Source of the DNA: Phyllobates terribilis
Lineage: Eukaryota
Reading direction: 5' to 3'
Length of the DNA: 64,000 bases
NCBI RefSeq assembly: GCF_046119375.1
Contig: NW_027362767.1
Coordinates: forward strand, 203,670,001-203,734,000
Below the pieces are notes generated by a model. That model searched no databases. It was not told where the DNA came from and worked only from the letters and a program-made list of their open reading frames with translations. Made by a program: the position numbers and the translations under genes. Positions within the stretch are counted from its first letter, which is position 1. Each line of letters begins with the position of its first letter. This document shows positions 13,301 through 24,100 of this stretch, in pieces.

Positions 13301-15115
13301 GCAACCTCATCCTTACCTTTCCATGGTTCCCAGGACAGCTTCAGCTCTGCTACATCGAGATGACAGGCTGGACCGCAGCAGAACGCTGCCATCCAGCCTG
13401 TCATCCCGCAGACACTGAGAAGCGCAGGCATGCTTGCGCTCCTCAGTGTCTCTCTGTGACGGCATCCAGATGAGCCGACAATGAACTCAGCTCACCTCCT
13501 GGACGTCCGTCACTGACAGCGTGGGAAACTTCTACTGCGCATGCGGGGAGCAGGAGAATTTTCCCACGCTGTCAGTGACGTGCATGAGGTGAGCCGAGTT
13601 CATTGGACATGATCTCGGCTCATCTGGATGCCGTCACAGTCAGACACTGAGGAGCACAAGCATGCCTGCGCTTCTCAGTGTCTGCCGCATGGCAAGCTGA
13701 ACGGCAGCGTTCTGCTGCGGTGCAGCCTGTCATGTGAATGTAGCAGAGCTGGAGCTGTCCTGGGAACCATCGAAAGGTAAGGATGAGGTTGCTTTATTAT
13801 TTTTCTTTTATTGCAGGAGATCGTTGGCTTCAGCTGGAATGGGCGTGATGGTAAGTATGGTTTAATTTAGAACATTAAAAAATTGTGTGTTTATTTCAAT
13901 TAAAGGACTTTATTCTGGGTGTTGTGTTTTTTTTAATTACTTTACTAGAAATTCATGGTGGTCATGTCTAATATTGGCGTGACCCCATGAATTTCGGGCT
14001 TAGGGCCAGCTGATAATGCCAAGCTGGCCTTAACCCCTTTATTACCCAGTGAGCCACCGCACCAGGGCCCTGGATGAGTTGGGTACAGCGCCAGAAGATG
14101 GCGCTTCTATGAACGTGCCATTTTCCGGGGCGGCTGCGGACTGCAATTTGCAGCGGGGGGGCCCAGAAAGCTTGGGTCTCCCTGCGCTGCAGATTCCAGC
14201 CCCCAGCTGCCTTGTTGTACCTGGCTGGACACAAAAATAGGGCGAAGCCCCACGTCTTTTTTTTTTTAATTATTTCATGAAATAATTAAAAAAAAAAGGG
14301 CTTCCCTATATTGTTGTGTCCGGCTAGGTACAAATAGGCAGCTGGTGGTTGGGGGCAGCCCGTTCCTGCCTGCTGTACCTGACTGGACACAAAAATATGG
14401 CGAAGCCCACGTCAACATTTTTGGGAAAAATTAATTACAAAATTAATAATAATTTAGGGACTGCATCTTTATTAACCCCTCAATTGTCATTTAGTGTTAA
14501 AATAAAGGATTTTTTAAAAAGAAAATTGGCGTGGGATCCCCCATCATTATAGTCTCTAGCGGAGGTTAAGCAGACGGCTGGGGCAGATGTTTGAAGCCTG
14601 GGAAGGGGGTAATACCCACGGAGCTCCCCAGGCTACTAATATCAGCCCCCAGCTGAATACCTAGCCTTTACTAGCTATTACAATGGGGGACCCCCCCAAA
14701 AAATGACGTGGGGTCCCCCCTATTTTAATATGTTTATGAGTGACAGTTTTCCTGCTATATACCTGCATGTCATAAGAATTTAAAGTAAAAAAAGGACCAT
14801 GTTAAATTCAAATCTGTTTTTTTTTAATTTTTACCGGTGTTTGGTATGCGTTGGAAAAGGGGTAGTCTTATACGGTGAATATATCCTAAACTCTATATTT
14901 TAACAGGAAAGTAGGGGGGTCGTCTTATACGCCAGGTCGTCTTATACGCCGGAATATACGGTATATGTAGCAGTCACAGGAAAACTCTTTAATATCACAG
15001 AAACAAGAGAACTAAAAATGTCATGGTCAGATTTGCATTCAGGAGGTGAAAATCATTAAGAAATGGGAAATTTCATATCTGAACCTGACAAGTTTTGAGA
15101 ATATGTAGCACAGTG
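10365..15115 (+). pseudogene. Highly decayed Chapaev3-like (CMC superfamily) transposase/element relic, split by the element at 11900-14961
   Basis: Plus-strand fragments read MSGGCNHQHAFCICE (~10366) and TFPRLSKAKIKEGVFIGPEIRKLLQDKEF (~11780-11865), matching motifs I recall from Chapaev3 transposases. The sequence resumes after 14963 and ends ...GCACAGTG at 15115. The family call is from memory, not from a search. Confidence 0.5.
11900..14961. mobile_element. Non-autonomous TcMar (Tc2/pogo-like) element, 3062 bp, TA TSD, carrying a non-coding foldback cargo
   Basis: TA|CCGTATATTCCGGCGTATAAGACGAC ... GTCGTCTTATACGCCGGAATATACGG|TA is a perfect 26-bp TIR. Subterminal GTCGTCTTATACGCC repeats lie near 11961 and 14920. 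There is no transposase ORF. Confidence 0.9.
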
Positions 15116-16236
15116 TTATTTGTGACGGGTGCGTTTCCCCTGTGACTTACATGTTGTTATCTTTATACTGAGAGTTTAGTATTTCTCTGACTACTTTGTC
15201 CATTATTATAGGTGTGATACAGCGGATATACCCATCTCGCCTTATAAATGTGTCCTTTGGAGGCCAGTGTGCTAGTTTTTAGTCATCTCATATACTTCAT
15301 ATTATTGTGTGTCTTTTTCTATGTACATCAATAAAATACTGTTTTTAGCCATTTAAACTCCTTTTTCTTCTTTTTAGGAGTAACATGAAAACATAAGCAG
15401 TATGTGAAATGTATTAGGGCTTTTGAGCATAAACTGACAATGAAGGTCCGGTGACAGCACCTCACGTCTGATTGTGATTAGGTCACACATTGCTTTTTGT
15501 GCTTTAGATTGAATAAAAAGCAGAATTCATGGATCTGCCAATTATGACACTTGTCCCTCACCCTGACACAATGAAGCATCCCCAAATTATCATTCTACCC
15601 CATCATGTTTGTGTGATGTGCTCATGCTGAAATGTTGTGCTTTATGTCTTCCAAAAAGTTGCCACTTTCATCAAATCTGGCCATGGAATATTATATTGCG
15701 GGAATCAATAAAGGGTTGTGTAGCGCGCTGATTCCTAACACTGTGTAGTGTGCACGCTGTCAGGATTTGCCGCTTCGATCAGTCTTCAAGTGATTGTGAT
15801 TTTCATACTTGCGGCTCTGTGCCGACTAGTTTCCCATTTGCTTCTCGCAATAGAACAAATTGGGAAGCAGGAAAAGTAAGTAGTCGGCAGGTGAATTAAG
15901 TCCGTCAATCACATACTCACAGTCATGATGACCGCTAGAACAACGAACAGACCGGGCCTAACACTGTACATTACATCAGTGGGGGACGGACATACAGACA
16001 TCAGAAGCCCCTGTACAAGAACAGAATATGGGCCCTTTGCAGTCCAGCAGCTCATCATAATGCACAATGCCACCTGTTTTGGGGGTATAAGTGGCCCCTC
16101 ACCTCTCGGCCCTTGTGTCCACCCCTTCATTACATACTGTAACAATTCAGCAAGTTGCAGAGCTTCCTGAAATATTGCACTGGGCTGCACAATCTTTTTA
16201 AAGTATATTTTGGGAAATGTAAATCTTTGATTGTAA

Positions 16237-16602
16237 GACCATATTCACACTCAGTGTTATTTCAGAGCCAAAATCTGCTCTCTTACAGTAAAAACGCTGC
16301 GTTCAAAATGCCCGTTTTGTTGCGATTTGACATATTTTTTGCAGCATTTTTTGGGTGAGGATTACACGTGTGCTTTATCTACAGTGCATGTTTAATAACA
16401 ATAGTTTCAGCAAAAACATTGCAATAATCTGAGCAAAATTGCTTTTTTGCAGCCTTATTTCACTTTCTCATTGCTTTTTACCAGTGAAAAAGCGCTGAAA
16501 TGTTTGACATGCTGCAGATTTAAAAAGCCATTTTTCATTTGCTTCATATAAATGCTGCAAAAAAAAAAAAACACAGCAAAAACGTAAGGTGTGAACATAG
16601 CC
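16237..16602. mobile_element. Diverged Harbinger-type MITE (TAA TSD)
   Basis: TAA|GACCATATTCACAC ... GTGTGAACATAGCC|TAA, an imperfect 14-bp TIR with 3 mismatches. Confidence 0.55.
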
Positions 16603-16619
16603 TAATGGTTCACAGTGGT

Positions 16620-16960
16620 TTTGTGTGTACTTTCTTCTTGTTTGGCCATTATCTTATTAATGGTGGTTGATCTGAGGTGTGCAGAGCCTGTATTCCTACA
16701 GACGATATTCTGAGATCCTCTGCGACTTCTGAGAGTCATCAAGGTGCTATTAGCCGTCTGGAGACTTCTGGGGAGATTCATAAGATTTCATTTGGAGATA
16801 ATGACTCTCATTGCTGGAGTCTGAGTGGTACAATTGTCTTGTAACCCTTTCCAGGCTATTAAAGATCAATGATACCTTTCTTTCTCATCTCTTCTGGAAC
16901 GTATTTGGTGTGCTGCTCGATAAAGGCTTTACACCATCTTCACATTGATGACCAGATTCA
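16620..16960 (-). pseudogene. Second, older Tc1 transposase fragment (N-terminal DNA-binding region)
   Basis: The minus strand gives broken EMRKK.ID...GKGYKTI and later ...EVAEDLRIS..., resembling Tc1 paired-like HTH motifs. It has many stops and frameshifts. Confidence 0.5.
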
Positions 16961-17029
16961 TCATGGCGTACACTTACAGACTGGGTGTCTACTTTCAAAT
17001 CAAGCTCAAATTTCAAAATCAATTTGGAT

Positions 17030-17426
17030 AAAGCAGATTTTTGCTATTTAATCTGAGAGCAGCATAATGTAGGGGCAGAGAGTGTGATTCCAGTGATGTA
17101 TCACTTATTAGACTGTGTCTTGTCATTTCAATACAATCAGTGTTTTATCAGCAGGAGATTATCACTGCCGGACTAGGTCTCACGTGCACGGCAGTCCAGC
17201 TAATCTATGTGACCCCGCCCCCACCACTGATTGGAAGCTTGCACAGGAGGCTGCCAATCAGTGGTGTGGGCGGGGTTATATTCTGTCCACATCTACAGAG
17301 AAAATAGCAATTCTATCAAAACCAAGAGCCCAGTAAGTGACACATCCCTGGAATCAGGCTTTCCTGTCCTATATTATGCTGCTCTCAGATTATATAATAA
17401 AAACCTGCTGACAGATTCCTTTTAAC
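17030..17426. mobile_element. Kolobok/T2-type palindromic MITE
   Basis: Arms ATCTGAGAGCAGCATAATGTAGG / CCTATATTATGCTGCTCTCAGAT are inverted. The right end is AACCTGCTGACAGATTCCTTTTAA. Confidence 0.7.
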
Positions 17427-18700
17427 TGACATAGGGCACCTGTGCACTAATGCTGCCGCATTGCTGTGAGATGACATTGTGACAATTCACCATAAAACTG
17501 AATGCATTTTTTTTACAGTTATATGAAATTATTATTGCATAATTATATTTTGTGTTTAAGGTGTCGATATAAGTGGCAGCATATGGTTTTACAGTGAATT
17601 ACCACAATTTTGAGGTTTTTGATTATTAGAGCTTGTACAGGTGACCATATTATACTGAATGTCTGTACAAGTAGCGCAGCGAAGAAGCACCTTGGAAACA
17701 ATGTGTTAATTCACTGTAAAGCCGCGTATTCGCTTGTGTGGTGCGCTAACGGGTACGATTTTTTTTTTTGCAGCATTGTATCAGCCAAATGACTGATGTG
17801 GATATCTGATTATTGGGGTTTTACTTCCCCCCGTTCAGCCTTTTATAAGAAGCGGCTGATGGTGGCGGCGGCGGATCGTAGTGGCAGTGAATCTGGGCAC
17901 AATCCTGACTGATCTACTAGATATTAACATTCTGCAACAAGTCCGCTTTGCCGCACTGAGGCTGCAGCTTTTGTGTGTTGTAAGTTTTTGGTTAATTAAG
18001 ACTGAAACCCATGAGACAACAAAATAAGTTTTGGGTAAAGTAAAGAAAACTTTAGCAGAACAATACAATATCCTGGCCGCATCGCTGTCCACATTACATC
18101 ATACACGGCACGTCCTACTGAGCATTACTCACAATTGGTTAAAAGTGCTTTTTCCTTCGGTAATGAGACATGAACCCATAATTACCCAATCACAGCAGGA
18201 ACATTTATGTGAACAAGTGTATGGAAATATAATATGGGGCTAAAAATCATTTTCGTAATTGGGTTGCATTCAAAATTTAGGACTGTGTTGCTTTTATAGT
18301 CTCTTTGGTTTCCGGCACATTCAGATTTGATGTGGTCCGTGGTCATCAATCGCTGACAGAGCTCATAAATATATAGATAAGAGTTACAAAACTCCCTGTA
18401 AGTTAAGGGTCACACCACCGTTTTCTCTCCATCCAAGAAACACAGTCCGATTATGCTAATCACAGTGTGAACAGAGTTTGATCAGAGTAGAATCAGTTTT
18501 TCTTGGAGGTAGAGAGAATTTTTTTTTCTCCACCTTCTATATTCAGTCAGTCCATGAAAATGTGTGGTCCGATGTTTTCCACGGACCCATAGACTTGCAT
18601 TGCCGATTTAGGCCCAACAATCAGATCAAAATCAGACATGTTCATGATTTTTTCCTCGGACCACGTGTAAACGAAATAGATTTATTTCAGTCCATACATT

Positions 18701-19692
18701 TGTGGCACCCCAGGGGTCTGGTTTCCACAGTAACAGCAGTGTTATGTCTGAGAGCAGGTGGGAGGTCTCTTGGTCAGGAATCCTATGCATGCCACACCTC
18801 CTGCCCGGTCCTGGGAGGGGAAGGACTTCCCCTATATAAACCTGGGGCTGAGGCAGGGTTAGAGAAGAAGAGTAGAGAGAAGAAGATAAGCAGTGATAGG
18901 AAAGAAAGATCAGGAGCTCTGTGGGAGTCGTGCTAAGAGGAGATCAGGGCTGGAAGCTGTAGAGCTCGCCCTGATTGAAGATTTCTTACCGGACCCGGAG
19001 TCCGAGGCTGTGGGGACTAACTCCTACCCAGCAGCAGAAACCGACCGGCAGGGGATTTCAGGTCCTCTGGCCCAGAAACCCGAAGGCTCGGTCACACGTT
19101 TGGGACCAGCACCGCCGTCGTGGAGCGGAAGCTACTAGAAGGCCCCGAGTCAAAGGCCATACGGGTGAGCACCACACGGTACACTCAGGGACGTGGGCTA
19201 CCTTTACCCGCCTCTAGCAAGGTAGCCAGAAGAGTACAATTAGTTGGGGAGGCCTACAACTCCGCCTGGCCAAGGGGGATCCCATCTGCTCAAGGACTGA
19301 CCAGGCCCCAACCGCTAGCCAGTACTCCGGGAGGGTCTATCTTTGTCACCAGTAAAGACCCTGAACTACACCGTATCGTCTCTGAGTGATTCCTGCTACC
19401 CCCATCATCCACGTCGGCTGCCCTGAGGCCATACCCCTCCCGTTGGGGGTTATACCATCCACGCTGCACCATCCTCCCACCGGTCTCAGCGGTTTGCCCT
19501 GCAGCGGCAGCTCCATAGCTGCATTCAACGGGTGGCGTAGTCGTTCTACATCTACTGCTAATATACCGCCACTTAGTCTGACTCCCAGGGCACGGACCGG
19601 GTCACCGCCACGAGACTACTACCCCTATCAGATCCGGCTCCGGGTAGTCCCTGGGTGCGCAACGCTACATCACATAGGCCCAGGGCGCGTCA
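18701..19692 (+). repeat. 5' LTR of gypsy element 1 (TATATAAA at 18833-18840; candidate AGTAAA polyA signal at 19351-19356)
   Basis: TGTGGCACCC...GGGCGCGTCA, nearly identical to 25589-26580 (6 substitutions found by eye). Confidence 0.95.
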
Positions 19693-19697
19693 ACTTT

Positions 19698-19715
19698 TGG
19701 TGTAGTCGGCAGGAT
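19698..19715 (+). promoter_or_regulatory. Primer binding site, tRNA-Ser
   Basis: TGGTGTAGTCGGCAGGAT, 5 nt after the LTR. It is a 17/18 match to the complement of the tRNA-Ser 3' end (TGGCGTAGTCGGCAGGAT). Confidence 0.85.
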
Positions 19716-20133
19716 ACCGTGCCCGCAACCACCGGGTACTGCGTGCCTGAAAAAGACTGTTCAAACTTACCAGTGGTGAAGATTCCCGCCATCCGGCGCC
19801 ATCTTCTACCTTCTTCCCGCCATCCGCGAAGTTTTCCCGCCATCCGGCGCCATCTTCTGCCTTCTTCCCGCCATCCGTGGAGTTTTCCCGCCGTTGGACG
19901 CCATCTTGAAGACGCCGCGCGGGAAGAAGAGGGGCGTGGACTCCGAAAGCGCGCGAGAACTGAAGCCCCGCCTCACGTCCGGACGTTGCGTAAGGTCCTG
20001 GAAGGAGCCCAGCAGACGCCGACGTCACAGGAGCGCGACGGAAGGTCCTCAACCCTGACGATCCACTGCGGAGCCGCGGCCTACGGAAGAGGATCATCGC
20101 AAGGTAGGCCACGGTCCACTAGGGGGGAGGAAG

Positions 20134-21114
20134 ATGTCGGATACGGAGGAGAGCTTCACTGCCTCAACCCCCGCCAGCGCCACCGCTGCTGCAGTCATGC
20201 CTTTCACCATGCCCTATATCCCGGGAGCGGCCTGGCTACCCCAGTACTCAGGGGAGTCACATACTCTGCATGACTTTAGAGAAAAGCTGGATAGCCTCTT
20301 CCAGGTGTACCCCCTCACAGAAGAGCAAAAAGTGAGCATCCTGGTGGCCCAATTAACTGGGGCAGCCCAAAGGGAGGTAAAGTCCTGGCCACCTGGGGGA
20401 AGGACTGTCGCAGGGATACTAACCCGGCTGAAGGATACCTTTGATACCCGCACCTCAGCCGAGATCAAGCTTAGATTCTACGGGTGCAAGCAGCGAGCAC
20501 AAGAGAGTATAAGGGACTATGCACTAAACCTACAAGAGGCCCTGAGAGCCATTAAGCAGACCGACCCTGACGGCGTGGGAGACGAGGACCGGCTGTTGAC
20601 TGAACAATTTATAGAGGGTTTATATTGCAATGCCCACCGAACCCAGTTGCGGGCAATGGCCTTACAGGACCCTCATCTGGGATTTGCACAGTTCAAGGAC
20701 AGAGCCATCCGGGTGCTCCGAGAACCGGCACCAGGTGGCGTTGTGACCCACAGACGCCCCACTACCACTTACCACCAAGAGGCGGCGCCCTTGTCGGCAG
20801 GGCCTGTGGGAGCTGATGCGCAGGCTTTGAACAATGACCCGGCTCCCGACCTGCACCATCAGGTCCAAGAGCTAGCTAAAAGCGTTGCTGCGCTAACCCG
20901 AACTGTGCAGTCTTTACAGGTTTCTACTCCAGGGAAGATCCAGCTGGCATCCGGACCGGAGGACATCCCGTGGCACCGACCAAGGAGGACCCCACCGGCC
21001 AGAGGAAGACCCAGCGACCGATACAACGAGGACGGACAATCTATCTGCCGCCGCTGCAATCAACCCGGACATATGGCAAGGTACTGTCCTTTAAACTGGC
21101 ACAACCTAGGGTAG
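20134..21114 (+). CDS. gag: Gag (326 aa) with C-terminal CCHC zinc knuckle
   Basis: The ORF lies after the PBS, has a capsid-like region and contains CRRCNQPGHMARYC (CX2CX4HX4C). Confidence 0.93.
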   Translation: MSDTEESFTASTPASATAAAVMPFTMPYIPGAAWLPQYSGESHTLHDFREKLDSLFQVYPLTEEQKVSILVAQLTGAAQREVKSWPPGGRTVAGILTRLKDTFDTRTSAEIKLRFYGCKQRAQESIRDYALNLQEALRAIKQTDPDGVGDEDRLLTEQFIEGLYCNAHRTQLRAMALQDPHLGFAQFKDRAIRVLREPAPGGVVTHRRPTTTYHQEAAPLSAGPVGADAQALNNDPAPDLHHQVQELAKSVAALTRTVQSLQVSTPGKIQLASGPEDIPWHRPRRTPPARGRPSDRYNEDGQSICRRCNQPGHMARYCPLNWHNLG

Positions 21115-24100
21115 AGGGCCAACCCCTAGGAAAAAGATCATCAGGCCCATCAAACTGGCGTGACAAATATGTGGGAGGACGTCCAGTCTTGCCTGTGGTA
21201 CTGGATGGCATTCCTATGAGTGCCCTACTGGACACTGGGTCACAGGTCACCACCATCCCGTACGTGCTCTTCAAGCAGTACTGGAATGACTCGGATATAA
21301 CCCGCTACCCTGACGACGACTTGAGTATCATCGCCAGCAATGGTCAGCCCGTGCCACAGATCGGATTTAAAGAGGTGACCATTAAAATCGGTAGAGTCGA
21401 GCTGGCAGCCCAGGGACTGATCATTGTGGACATTGATAAGCGCGAGAGTCACCCTAAGATAACTCTAGGAACTAATGTAATTGAAAATTGTCTTGCAGAG
21501 GTGATTTTTATTTTACAGCAGGTTGCCAAGAACGCCAGCTCCGGCCAGCAGCGAGTGCTCCAAAAAGAGATCCGGGCACTGATGCGACGGCAACAGGTGG
21601 AACTCTCCGGCGGTGAGATTGGTAGCGTGAGAATGTGTGACCCTTTCCCTATTGCCATGCCCCCAAAAAGTGAAATGATGATTTGGTGCCGGGCGGCTAT
21701 TGGTCTGAGAGGTAGAGATTACCAGGCAATGGTAGAACCAGTTTACACAGACAGTAGGCCCACCATTTTGACAGCACGGGGGGTGGTCAATGTACGCCAT
21801 GGGAGGGTGCTCGTTCGCATAATAAATATCGGGAAGAGGGAAGTGTACCTGCCCCGGTATGCCACGCTAGCCAAATTGTATACCATCAATCAAAATTCTA
21901 TACAGTCCGTAGAACCCTTGCCTCCATCTTCTCCGGAGGAAGGTAACGGCTCTAAACAACAAATGGAGGATTGGTGTCAGCAACTACATTTGGGTACTGA
22001 CTCCACTCCCTCCCACCAGAAACAGGAAGTCTACCGGGTGGTTCAAGAGTACGAGAGAGTGTTTAGTAAACACCCGTTAGACTTCGGGCGAGTCAAGGGG
22101 GTAGAACATCACATCCCCACGGGAGACCATCCTCCCATAAAAGAGAGGTATCGACCCGTACCCCCTGCACACTACCAACACGCCAAGGGGATGCTTAGAG
22201 ACATGAAGGAGGCTGGGGTAATCAGGGAAAGCTGTAGCCCCTGGGCAGCTCCACTAGTCTTGGTCAAAAAGAAAGACAACACCATGAGAATGTGTGTAGA
22301 TTACCGGAAAATAAACTGTATCACACACAAAGATGCGTACCCCTTACCAAGAATAGAGGAGTCTTTGGCTGCTTTAAAATATGCTAACTTCTTCTCCACC
22401 TTGGATCTCACTAGCGGGTACTGGCAGGTTCCTGTAGCAGAGGCGGATCGGGAAAAGACCGCATTCACCACCCCGATGGGACTTAGTGAGTTTACCTGCA
22501 TGCCGTTTGGACTCTGCAACGCACCAGGAACCTTCCAGCGATTGATGGAGTGCTGTCTGGGACACCGGAACTTTGAGACGGTCCTGTTATACCTGGACGA
22601 TGTCATCGTCTACTCCAAAACCTACGAGGACCACCTGAAGCACCTGGCGGAAGTGTTTGAAGCTCTGGCAAGTTACGGCCTAAAGGTGAAACCCTCCAAG
22701 TGTCACCTCCTGAAGCCAAAGGTGCAGTACCTGGGACACGTGGTGAGTGCTGACGGAGTGGCTCCCGACCCTGATAAGATCACCGCAATTAAGGAATGGT
22801 CAAGCCCCTCCAGTGTAAAGGAAGTGAGGCAGTTCCTCGGGTTGGTAGGCTACTACCGAAGGTTCATACCCGGTTTCACCAAAAAGGCAGCTCCTATGCA
22901 GGACCTCCTGATAGGCCAGTCCAGGAAGGCCAAGAACCAGAAGCCGCCCTTCAGATGGGAGAAGTTGGAAGAAGAGTCCTTCCGCCAGCTGAAGATGGCC
23001 CTCAAGGGGGATGAAATCCTGGCGTACCCTGATTATAGCCAACCCTTTATCCTCTACACCGACGCCAGTAACATCGGGCTAGGAGCCGTACTATCCCAGA
23101 TCCAGCAGGGGAAAGAAGGGGTAATTGCTTACGCCAGCCGAAAACTGCGACCCACCGAAAGAAATCCTGAGAATTACAGCTCATTTAAGCTAGAGTTCCT
23201 GGCAGTGGTGTGGGCAGTCACCGAACGCTTTAAGCACTACCTCGCTTCTTCCCGGTTCACCGTGTACACGGATAACAACCCGTTGACACACCTGGACACT
23301 GCAAGACTCGGTGCCCTAGAGCAGAGATGGATGGCCCGCTTGTCCAACTATGAGTTTACAATCAAATACCGGGCAGGACGCTCCAATACCAACGCGGACG
23401 CCCTGTCCAGGATGCCAAACCTACCGGACGAGGGTGAGGATTCAGAAGATTTGGAAGAGGTCGAGCTCCCTGCGTTCCACCGTCATGGGACTATCCAGTA
23501 TTCCCACCGTGTAAGGGGTAAGCAAGCCGCTACGTTCAACCCCTTACCTCACTACAACTGGGCGGAAACGCAAGACAGTGACCCTGCCGTCCGGCTGGTG
23601 AAGGAGATGCTGACTCAGCCAGAAGCTCGCCTTGACCCAGACGCTCCGGAGGAGGCCAAGCAACTGTGGGCAGAGAAGAGTCGACTGTTCCTTTACAAGG
23701 GGAAGTTGTGCCGCAGAATGGTTAACTCCCGGACGCATGAACTGATCTGGCAAGTAGTGGTGCCAAGAAGGGACGCAGCTATGGAGATGGAGGCATACCA
23801 CGACGGGGCTGGGCACTTCGGATGGAAGAAGCTGGAGTTCCTGCTGCGTGGGCGGTTCCATTGGGTAGGCATGAGAGGAACCATCGAGAGGTGGTGCAGA
23901 GACTGTGGCCCATGCAACCTAAGAAGGAAGGACCGTGCCAGCCAGAAGACCCCCCTTCAGTCCATCGTCACCCGGCAGCCGTTGGAACTGGTAGCCTTGG
24001 ATCATGTAAAACTGACCCCAAGCAGAAGTGGCTACGTCTACGCATTAACCATCGTGGATCACTACTCCCGGTTCCTGGTTGTCGTCCCCGTCAAGGACTT

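Noticed and set aside
19386-20273. 295-aa ORF spanning U5, the PBS and the leader (possible extra upstream ORF)
   Set aside because: It begins inside the LTR, crosses the PBS, is GC-rich and low-complexity, and has no recognisable domain. It is probably incidental.
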